From Amphiscolops sp. MND2022 (Eukaryota): DNA of 64,000 bases. Under the pieces are notes generated by a model that was not told where the DNA came from, did no database searches, and saw only the letters and a list, made by a program, of their open reading frames with translations. Location: positions 9,612,001 to 9,676,000 of the forward strand of contig OZ076409.1 of the NCBI GenBank assembly GCA_964187785.1. The letters run 5' to 3'. The position numbers and the translations under genes were made by a program. Numbering within the stretch: the stretch's first letter is position 1; each line of letters begins with the position of its first letter. This document shows positions 10,993 through 20,794 of the stretch, in pieces.

Positions 10993-12398
10993 GGCTGGGT
11001 AGGATGTTGTATCGCGGCTGGTGGTTGTTGGTTTGCTTGGGGTTGTTGCATAATTTCGGGTGTGTTTGATGGAGGTAGAGGTATGTTGTTCGAGCCGGTT
11101 GTTTTAGGTGTCTTCCACCATGTGGGGCGGTTTGCCCAGTTCGCACCCGAGTAGCAATCCTTGGTTTCGTGACTCAGTTTACCACAAGTTTCGCAGGGGT
11201 TGGTGTTATTTGTGTTGGGGGTTCTTTGGCTTCGTTTATCTCGGTTCGTCTTCCTGCAGTTGCGGAGGTGGTGGCCCTGATGTCCGCAACCGAAACATGT
11301 ACTCGCGGTTTTCGGTGGTTTTTCTTGGTTGGGGTTGTTGGTGGGTTCTACGTTATGTATGCCTGTAAATGTCGTGGATTCTGGATTTGCCAGTCCGTTG
11401 AGCTCCATCTCCCGCTCTAAGTGCTGCACCATTGTCTCGTATGACGCTGTTTCGAGGCGAGCTTGGTTTAGCACTCTTTTGAGGTGGGCGAGCATTTTTG
11501 CATAAAACGAGGTTTCTATAAACCTGGGCGCGTCGTCCGCGTATGCCTCTTGTGCCAGCTTCTGATAGATTTCTAAGAAATCTCGGAAAGTTTGGTTCGC
11601 CGGATCGAATGTGAGGTTCTCCCACTTGCACCTGGCGGTAGCCACTGATTGCGTTTTTACGTATCGTCTTCTGAACCCGGCAATTATGTCGGTTATGTTT
11701 GTTTTGGTTGTCTCGGTCATATTCCGGAAGGTTTGCAAGGCGTCTCCTCGCAGCAGTGAGTGAAAATAGTGTATTTTTTCTTGCTCTATTATTTGTGGAT
11801 GGACTTTCAAGCTAGTTTGAAACAAGTCTTCGAATAGCTCGAATTTTTCTGTCTTACCGTCATACATTGGCATCGTTGTTGATAGGGCTTTTGGTAAGCG
11901 AGGGATATTTGGTGTTTGTTTATGGGTTGCATAGAGAGATTCCAGTAATTTGTCGATAATCTCATCTGAGTGCCTCTGGTTTGGAGGTGGCAGGCTTGAT
12001 GATCGGGCTTGGGTGTTATTGCTGGTCGTTGGTTCGTTAATGACTCCTGTCACCATGTTGGAGTATTCACTTCTACTGAAGTCAATTTCTTCTACTTCAT
12101 CAGCGGAGTTTCCGTTATTTGCGACTCTATTGGTCAAACAACCACGTTTTGAACTAGTGCTAGACAAGTTGTCCACTTTTGATGACAAGTTCTCAATCAG
12201 TTTTAGAATTTCCCGCTGGTTCAATTCAGTATCTCTAAGACGTTTTGAAATTTTATTTTCGATTTTATTGGAAATGTCCTCAAAGTCTCTATCAGACAGT
12301 AGGGTGTTTTCGTCATTAGTTGAACTCGCTACCTCTTCGTCCACCTGGCCAGTTGACTGGTCACTTCTGAGTTTTCGTTTCTGAGACCTTTCCGGCAT
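10980..12398 (-). CDS. gag: Gypsy-A gag (472 aa)
   Basis: Capsid-like segment (MYDGKTEKFELFEDLF...LLRGDALQTF) and two CX2CX4HX4C knuckles (CFGCGHQGHHLRNC, CETCGKLSHETKDC). Confidence 0.95.
   Translation of the reverse strand: MPERSQKRKLRSDQSTGQVDEEVASSTNDENTLLSDRDFEDISNKIENKISKRLRDTELNQREILKLIENLSSKVDNLSSTSSKRGCLTNRVANNGNSADEVEEIDFSRSEYSNMVTGVINEPTTSNNTQARSSSLPPPNQRHSDEIIDKLLESLYATHKQTPNIPRLPKALSTTMPMYDGKTEKFELFEDLFQTSLKVHPQIIEQEKIHYFHSLLRGDALQTFRNMTETTKTNITDIIAGFRRRYVKTQSVATARCKWENLTFDPANQTFRDFLEIYQKLAQEAYADDAPRFIETSFYAKMLAHLKRVLNQARLETASYETMVQHLEREMELNGLANPESTTFTGIHNVEPTNNPNQEKPPKTASTCFGCGHQGHHLRNCRKTNRDKRSQRTPNTNNTNPCETCGKLSHETKDCYSGANWANRPTWWKTPKTTGSNNIPLPPSNTPEIMQQPQANQQPPAAIQHPTQPKNY
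10986..10992 (-). promoter_or_regulatory. -1 ribosomal frameshift slippery heptamer A AAA AAC (gag to pro-pol)
   Basis: In gag frame CCA AAA AAC TAT TAA. The -1 frame is open into the protease ORF (LLKPRLRFGDY...ELFMEC). A stem CTTCGGGG/CCCCGAAG lies downstream. Confidence 0.8.
12043..12055 (-). promoter_or_regulatory. Primer binding site TGGTGACAGGAGT (tRNA-Leu-like)
   Basis: TGG directly follows ...CCAACA. It matches the complement of the metazoan tRNA-Leu(CAG) 3' end (TGGTGTCAGGAGT, from memory) at 12/13 positions. Confidence 0.7.
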
Positions 12399-14082
12399 AA
12401 TTTTAAAAATACCAGTTGAGAATACTCAATTGAATTGGATGACAATATTAGTAACCGAGGTTGGTCGGTCAGCTGGTCAATCAACCAAAATCAAATACAA
12501 TTAGTATCAAACACGTGGAGGGTCCGCAAAATTCAAGATTAAAATTGAATACAATTTCAAAGAACGAATAACAAACGATTACAAAGTTGAAAAATAATAT
12601 CTGTCCTTTCCTAATCCCGCTTCAGGTATATATACTTTACGCTAGACACGCGGGGAAAACCCCGCGCGTGAATTCACACCTCGTTCAACTCGGCGTGTTT
12701 TCCAAGAAGAGAAAATCCAAATAAGGTAGGCTTCCTCGGGATTCGGCATTCGGCTTCATCCTGCTTTCAAGTGAAAGCGGGAATCACTTCCTGCCGCTTC
12801 CCAATTCCGCGTCCCTTTCTTCTTCATTTCCCGCCTTTTCAAGACGCCGAGTCAAAGTTGGCACTGAAAATTCATGAACCTAGCTACTGAGGCGGGAAAA
12901 GGAACTGATTTTACATCGAAGAAATTAGTACTAACTGAAATAAATTGCACTAAATTGGAAAATGGATTTCAGGCAATATTAATCTCACAAAGTGATCAAT
13001 TTTATGGAGTAATCCACTGATTAAAATTCTGGTCGAATACCAGGACGACCTATCAGCTTGGATTTCCGGAACACATGACCGGACATTGAACACCATAAAC
13101 TAGCACAGGGAGGGGGGTTTAACACAACTTTAATGGCTACAGAAAGTATTATTCCGCCATTATTATTATGCCATTCAAACAATAATAGATCAGAACAAAT
13201 TGATAATTAACACTTATCACAACTTGGTTAATCTTTTACTCGTACTCAACCAAAACGGTTGCCCTGGTGGTCGTCCTGGGGTGGAGTATTAGCAACACGG
13301 TAATATTTGAACAAAACACTGCACGATGAACGAAATAATGCTTTGGTGGGAGAATTAGACCAAGTTTGTTATATTAATTAGGTTACACTAATGATTAATG
13401 CACATTAATATTGGTTATATTAGATAGGTTATCCCGGTGGTTGTCCCATTTTGGGAAGTAGATTTGGACGGCCAGGCGGTTGACCTGAACAATAAATCAA
13501 ATACTTTCATCGTTTAGGTACTTCAACATTTCCATCGGTTATTTATTGGTGGTTAGAGCTTCTTTTAAGTTCCGTGTTCATATTGAAATGGTACAGCATT
13601 TATGTAGTAATAATACTGCTTCGGTTATTTGAAGCGTGCGGCCAGGCGTGCGTCCCAGCACTCGATTGACTGGTGAGCCGCCTGGTATCGCTGTTCAGCT
13701 AGCGCGGTGTATTTGCGCTAATCGCTGATTGGTCCGATGAAATTGGAATGATATTATTCTGCTTTAGCTCCGTTGTTATTGTAGCGGTAAATTGAATAGC
13801 GTGCTGGCCGAGTTAACTTCGGTCGGTATGCTGTTCCTTTTACTGTAAACAAATTGCACTGAAAGCACTTTAATATTATTTAAGTATTTACATATTTATG
13901 TATTTTAGGTACTGCGCTGAATTAACAATGTTTGTTGGATGGTTTAATAGGATTGTTTGTTAATCGTTTCTTTCAGGTTCAGTGATGTTCTTATTCGGTA
14001 CTTTTCTGGGTGATTTCTCCATTCCCTTCCTTTGGCGTTCTCCCTGTATTCAGTATTTCGCTGCTCTCTGAGGGCTGCGACA
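12056..14082 (-). repeat. Gypsy-A 5' LTR (~2.03 kb, TGT...ACA)
   Basis: The outer end is fixed by the match to 1-416. The inner end is inferred from AACA followed by the PBS. Confidence 0.75.
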
Positions 14083-14097
14083 CTTTTTGATCCTAAG

Positions 14098-14921
14098 TGT
14101 TAGGACTACTGTCTCTAGGTGTTCTAAGGTCACCAGTAGACCGTGAGTCCTTTTTCGTAATTTTATTTCTAAGCCCATTGTTCATTTCAGCGTCTTCCTG
14201 GCTATTAGGGGACGAACCGGCCTCAGTGTCTCGGTTCCCTCAGGATGAAATTGAGCTCACTATATTTTGAATTTCTGGAATTTCTCTTTCGGTTATCGCT
14301 GTGCTAATCGCCCTGTTTATCTGGCTATGCATTAATGACATCATAGAATCCGTTTCTTGCGAAAGTCTCATGTTAAATTCGCTAGTGAAAATTTCTAGTG
14401 TTTCTTGAAACTTATCCTGCCTGGGAATTGCCTTTTCATGAGCATAATGTCCGAATTCATTTTCATGAGTCTCATACCGCGAAGATTGGGGATTGGACTC
14501 AATGTCTTGATCGTTTGTCACATTTCCAATCATTTTTGAAAGTTTGCGTTCGATAGGATTGGTGTTTTTATTCCCAATCATTACATCCATATTTTCAAAA
14601 TCAGACATCATGTCCATTTCCCTTGAAATTCTAGCTTTCGCCTTTTGTTTTCTTGTGAAAGGCATAAGAGACAACTGCAAGAGGTAAAAATTGATTATAT
14701 GTAGGCTTGCAAACAGAACAAGATCAATTGATAGGCTGCGTATATTATCAAATTGTGTCCCCGGTCCAAGAGTCCCGGTTATATATATCAGACAAATTGC
14801 ATGACTATCGAAAAAATAACTGTCATGTTCTAAAAATAGATAAGTACTAATCTAAAGATAGCATCAATTATTTATAGGTTACATGACGTAATGTCCTAAT
14901 GGCCACATCAAAGGCGTTACA
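14098..14921 (-). repeat. Gypsy-B 3' LTR (824 bp, TGTAA...TAACA) containing the gag N-terminal coding sequence (ATG at 14665)
   Basis: Begins TGTAAC directly after a purine tract and ends CCTAACA. Duplicated at 29155-29770. Contains a TATA-like run at ~14780. Confidence 0.75.
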
Positions 14922-14936
14922 CCGCCTCGTTCATCT
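14922..14936 (-). promoter_or_regulatory. Polypurine tract of Gypsy-B
   Basis: Minus strand AGATGAACGAGGCGG abuts TGTAAC. Confidence 0.6.
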
Positions 14937-15594
14937 GTTTCAACTAACGCCCTCAAGGGACAATTGTTTTTTTTATGATTATGATAGCAACACTACATGT
15001 AACATTCAAGCAATAATTACATGTTTTGATCACACTCGTATGTACTTTAGACAGGAGAGTTTGGACTTTGGCCAAATACGGCCTTTGAGCCAAAGAGAGG
15101 GTATCAGATGTAGCACCTTTATTTGTAAGAACGTAATTGCACGCAATACTTTTCTTCAAATTAAATCTCTTACCACAATCATGAAAGCACCGGTCAAATT
15201 GGACTCAGTGTCCCATTGCCTTAACGAGTATATCAATATTTGAGAATAAACGGCGCGTGGCCATAATGTCCACTTTTAATAGCACTGTATTAGAGTGCTC
15301 AGCTGAATACTGAGATGTGATTGGTTGGAATTAATTTGGACTGCTTGTCCACAGTGACCAGATAGGAAACACTTTGAACGCGTTTTCTCTACCTGTACGC
15401 TTTGGTGTCCAATTCATAGCACATCTAATTACATTTACATGTTTTAAAATGCAACTAACAAGCAATACTGCATCTCACTGTATGTAACTACATGTTATAA
15501 CAAAAACCAGTAAAACAAAACAGTTTTATCGTAAAGTTTTAATTATGTTCGCCTTGGACTTCTTGGACTTCTTGGCTCAACTGTTGGTAATTCC

Positions 15595-15864
15595 TCAATC
15601 TAGCGGAATTGTTCCTGGTAGGGCCCTGCAATAACCATATGCGACCGTGTACCAGTTACCATCGCAGGCGGCCACCTGCGACACTCCCCTTGGCATGAGT
15701 AGAAACGTGCCAGCGGTGATTCCGTAAAGGAAAGCTCTCTTTCTTCTTTCGGTTTCAGCTAACGTCTCACCTAGCCCAACCGTTTTGTCGATATAGTCAT
15801 TGACTGCTTCATCTTGTATTTGTTGAACTGACTTCCCACAAATCACGCAGTCTGAACAACCCAC
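15595..15864 (-). CDS. Small Cys-containing accessory ORF or fragment (CxxCxxC) in the Gypsy-B 3' region
   Basis: 89 open codons with CSDCVIC and protein-like composition. It starts at GTG, so the true 5' part is probably broken. Confidence 0.4.
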   Translation of the reverse strand: MGCSDCVICGKSVQQIQDEAVNDYIDKTVGLGETLAETERRKRAFLYGITAGTFLLMPRGVSQVAACDGNWYTVAYGYCRALPGTIPLD

Positions 15865-17401
15865 CAGGCCAGCGTTTCAAGCCACTGTCATGTCATTGAA
15901 GTGGTTTGCACTAGTCTCAACTGAAGTTGTGCTTGTCGAATAAGAGCAACTCGGTGTATCTTGTTCTTAGGCTGGTCCTCTATCTTCTGGTGGTGGCGAC
16001 ATTGGGGTTTTAAAATTCGGACGTAGATCTCTACAAATATTAATGGGATGATTGGTTCTGATTCGGTCATCCCGTCCGATAGGCCCATTGCCCATACCAG
16101 GTTGAAAACCTGTTGTGTAATTGTAGGGAAGGGCGACAAGTCTGAGTCAGCTGATTTGGACGGTTGAAATTGTATGAATGGCGATCTTTCTCCTCATTGC
16201 CTCGCGGGATTTTCAACAAATCACGGGTTTTCTTTTCCCGGGTTTTCTGTTTCCTTTCCCGTCTGGTAAGTTTTCAAAAACAAAATTTCTCTTCTCAAAA
16301 CCTTTCATCAAGCCGCCAAGTCGCTTTATATCTGCCGACAATTACTTTGTTGATTATCATCAGTTATGCTAGCACTCTCAAGTTAGGAGTGTTACCGCAA
16401 GTGTTTATTAATACTCATCAGGTACTTGAGAGTTTCAAGTAGGTGAAGATATGGCGACCGGCCACGCCGTCCTCCATCAATCTGATCATCCAATAGGAAT
16501 GCAGCAAAATTTCTCCTAAGTTAATATGGCTTCTCAAGGCCGTAAATCCATATAAGGAATGATATAAAATGACCTTGAAACTAAATAAAATAATGATTAA
16601 ATCATGAAATAATTCCCAAAAATAACAAAATTTTCTAGATAAATCAATTGATGTAGATACCGCTGGCAGTCTTCACCCACATAATGCCGTATATTGTGAA
16701 CAACAACAAATTTGACACCAAACTGTATAGCCACAAACTCCAGTTTTGACATCTTGTCAGATTGCTGATTCAATTTCCAATTCCTTATCCTCAATTCTCT
16801 CATTTTCTTCTTCACTTGTATTACCCAGTATTCAATCCTTGTCATTTACAGTATTTAGCCGATAGTTAGTCAATTAATTTCTAATTGTAGTTATCATAAT
16901 GATAGATAACTATAATGATTTGTACTCCTCTTCAACATAGTCTTCCTCTTGGGACTCAGTGTCCAATCGCCCATTCTCTTGTTGATTTTTCGGATTTCCC
17001 CGGACAATCGACTTCCAGTTCCCTTCTTGGCATCTCCCTAGCACGATTTCTGGTTTCCTCTCAGATTTGAACTTCTCCACGCAGTGTCGTCTTTTTCAAT
17101 TACCTTGAGCTACAGCCTTGTCGGATTGCTTCAGATTTCATCAACAATTCAGTTGACAGTCCAACCTGCCCTTTCTATCACGCGACTTCAATCCTACAAC
17201 TTCAAAGTAAGTTGCCTTCCTGTTCTATTCTGAACGAAGTTAGGTTTGATCAGGACTCTAATTCAGTTCATGTACTTCCTGTCCAATAACACAAGTTTTC
17301 ACGAGTGTTCACTTTTATCTACTTCCGGAAGATTTTCAAATGCGGTAAATGGATTCTTATTCAGGAAGCTTTCCGCTTGACTTTGTTGTTACTATTTAAG
17401 A

Positions 17402-20400
17402 ATGACAACCGGAGCTGAGGATACGGCTAACATCTTGCTAGACAGAAACCGCCGGTAGTAGAAGGGGCCAATCCCCCTACTGAGACCCGTCCACTCTCCA
17501 ATTTTTCCTCTTCGAGTTGAGCCACAGAGGAGAGCCTCGCTGCGTATGCCGAACGCACTTTGCACAAACTTGGGGCAGTTGACGGTAACCTAGACGTCTC
17601 CTTCCTAGATGCCCCAAACAGGACGCCCAAGCCAAGGCCTCTGTGTCAGACGCGATCGAGCGCGATTAAATTCCACAGACTCAAACAAAGGATGATGATC
17701 CAGCGAATGTCCTTGATTCAGCCAATAGGCCTACACGGGATATTGTCCATTCCGACTTCTTTGCAAACGACACGAGCGAAGTGGAGGATCTGATTGACAG
17801 CGAAGGGGTGTTAGGAGTCCCTAATTGGGCAGCTTCCAGTATCGTCGGTTCTGAGAATTTCACTACGCAAGATGAGGGAAATTTTGCCATTGAAGGACTT
17901 CCAGTTGAGCCCCAACCCAGTACTTCTTACGCTGGAACAAAAATTCCAGAACAGCTTTCAGCTAACGGGAGGGCCGTCCTGCGTATGTTTTTTGCAAAGG
18001 CCGAACCAGTCACCATTCCTATTTGACATCCTACCGTCGCATTTAATGAACCCCAACTTCATGCCATCTTGCGCACTATTTCTTCTGAAACAGTCCAGTC
18101 TTCCGTGCATGTTATGTAGGCCTTATTAATGCACGCAGCTCAAGGAGGAATCCAGAAGCTCAGTAATTTCCGAAAGACTGTACAACGGACAACATCTGCT
18201 TCTCAACGCATGTCTGATAGTTCAGACGGGGGGACAGACACTGAAGGGTATTCCACAGATGGTTATACGAGTGGCGCCTTACCCTCCGATGAAGAAATTG
18301 CCACTTTCGATGTGAGCCGTAACACTCACTTTGCCTCGACCTTCGGTGCAACGGATCCTCAGGGATCTGAAAACCCTGATAAAACTGCCCTCAGTCCATC
18401 CCAGTTCGGGATCCCAAGCCCAGGATTCAGTGCAGGAGATTATGCTCCCCTATCATCCATTAGGGCCTCACCGACTGCTACTCCAACTGGCCGAAGTCCA
18501 CCCCGTAAAAGACGCAGAATGATTAGCAAGCTTGGGAAGGTAATGAAGCCTGCGTACTTCAAGGGCGTACAGTGGACGAGAATCTTTGTCACCGGGCCAC
18601 TAGACCCTGTACACAATAAATACAATTTTTTTGCCAAATTTGTAAGAGCAACTTGTCGATATTCTCAAAAGGAGCACGCGAATTCATCAGGCACTACCAG
18701 TCGGAAACTCATCCCCGAAAAGATCAGCGCTGGAGATACGAGAACCTGGGAAAGAAACACAAAATAACAGGAGTCACCAAGCATGAATTCCGGGCTAAAG
18801 AAGGCCATATTTCAACATCAATGGAGTTGGCGAAAGAAAAACTTTTTTGAATCTGCTGTTCTCGTCGACATCGGACCCAAATATCCATTCTCTAATGAGT
18901 ATCTGGAAAGAATGGGGTGCAACACTACCCCGGCTGTTGTGCGTCTCGGCACCGAGATTTCCCTATTGGGACTTTTCACCCGACACTGTGGCAACATCTC
19001 CGTGCTCCAATCCCTGTGGACTGAAGTCGGTGCCTTTACGAACCACGAGGATCTCTTCTCGGACATGGACTAGGGGTCGAGCGCACTTACGGTATGTATC
19101 ATCCGGTAGATTGATTTTCCGATTCTAGAGTCAAGTTCTAAAACTAGCACCTTTATTGTGTTCTTTTCAGACCATTTTCCACCACGTCTTTATTCGCGGC
19201 ATAAAAGACATTGGATAACACGTGAATACCAGTGGCTTTTACATACTGGAAATTGAGTACGAAGGCAGTTTCAGCGTGATGTCAATACGACTCTGGAAGA
19301 ACGATTCTTTGACCAAGTGCCAGTTAGCCCTTGATGCATCTGTCTACCTTGATGCACTGTCTACCTTGATGCATCGCAAAGAGGGGACTGTCTTCGGACG
19401 CATCAACTTTCACACTCTGTTGAAGTACCTGGTTGCGTCCCTCAGTGGCTGCCAGTGTGAACCATGGATCGTCAATACTCCTGAGTTGTCCAAGGGGCTC
19501 ATCATCACAGACGATTCCTTCGTTTGCAAGCTAGACTTCTTCGGACGGACGGTCACTGATTGTTAGTATTCTATAATCGTTTCCACATGTTCCCTTTTTC
19601 CGTAAACCTTTAAAGGTCCCTTCAAGGTGGTTACTTCTGTTTGAAATTGCATTACCCGATTCCTTTCTGTCTTAAGAAAACAAGTGTTTCGAGCGGAGCT
19701 TGCAAGGCCGACGCGATTCTGATTTCTTCACTTATGGCCAACTCAACCAACATGTGAGAAAGCTTGGTTACCGTTCCCTGCTTCCAAAATTCGTTCCTCG
19801 AGAGGGAGATTGGACCCGATTAGGAGAATTACAAATTGCGACCATACGTCAGTTGTCCACTGAGGATTTCCTGATTCGCCTCAATCGCAGAACGGATCTG
19901 GACGCTGCCGCCGTGGCGATGGCTGAGAGGGAACTGGGCGAGCACAAACCCACTGAGGCTGCTAAAGCTGAACTTGCTGCAACCTATAAAGAGGAATTTG
20001 CTAGTCGGGCACGAAGTTATTTTTTTACTTGAGGAATGTTTAAACCACATCAGCCTCAATGCCGACATAGTCAAGGGAATGGCCACGTTCGATCCTCACA
20101 TATTACTAGGCCACGTTCGATCCTCACATATTACTGGGCAATTCTATGGAGCAGGCCACGTTGTCGACTTAGTGTTGTTCTTTTACCCGCACAGTCTTAC
20201 TTTACAATGGTGCCTAATGGTATTGCCCACCGCAGGGGTGAAGATTCCTTGGATAAGTTTAAAGAGCTAGAGCAGCAGTTTAACTCTGGTAATGGATCCA
20301 GTGATCCCTGGTCGCATGTGGATTCCCTTGGCCGTGCAAAGTTTCAGAAGGTGCTATCCTCCGTGTACAGAGTGTCTAAGGCTGCTACCTCTAGTCGATC

Positions 20401-20560
20401 CGCTTCTGAGTCAGATTCTGCTTCCTCCACACCTTCTCCTCGTAAGGCTAATCGGAAGGTCGCATTCGGGCCTGAAGTTACCCCCGGAGGCAGCTGCGCA
20501 GGAGAAGGAGTCCGTTTCAGCTCCCCGAAGCCAAATAGTTCTAAAGACTATGTGTACATA
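17402..20560 (+). pseudogene. Decayed antisense accessory gene of Gypsy-B, homologous to 1238-5221
   Basis: Across frameshifts: RIFVTGPLDPVHNKYNFF-CQICKSNLSIFSKGAREFIRHYQSETHPRKDQRWR, VLQSLWTEV, MATFDPHILL, DPWSHVDSLGR and a Ser-rich tail. All are colinear with the Gypsy-A protein. GT-AG intron at 19092-19170. Confidence 0.8.
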
Positions 20561-20794
20561 GTGTACATTTGTTTCAAACTTCTGTCTGTTTGTAATTCTG
20601 TTCATTGTAATTATTGTATTTGTAGTATCACATATTGTTTGTTAATTGCTATCTGTGGTCTTTAGATACTACGCCACTAAGTCGCTTTGTCGACGTGTGT
20701 TTGTTTTCTAAAAACATACAAAGGTCTGAGTAGTCCCAGTTAAAAATGATCATTTGGTCCAAGTGGCCTTTGGGACATTAATTTACATGTCTGA

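Larger units (their letters stand above)
1..14082 (-). mobile_element. Ty3/Gypsy LTR retrotransposon 'Gypsy-A', near-intact; 3' LTR runs off the window start
   Basis: Direct repeat 1-416 = 13667-14082 (8 mismatches by manual comparison). Order is gag (2 CCHC knuckles), protease, RT, RNase H, integrase, which is the Gypsy order. PBS and PPT lie at the expected positions. Confidence 0.96.

Noticed and set aside
6109..12384. Plus-strand ORFs opposite gag/pol (e.g. 9707-10552, 281 aa)
   Set aside because: They are shadow frames of the coding strand, with no motifs or independent support.
14240..14680. Independent host gene, or a third tandem Gypsy copy
   Set aside because: The sequence is bounded by PPT+TGTAA and TAACA and duplicated at 29155-29770, so it is better explained as the Gypsy-B LTR.
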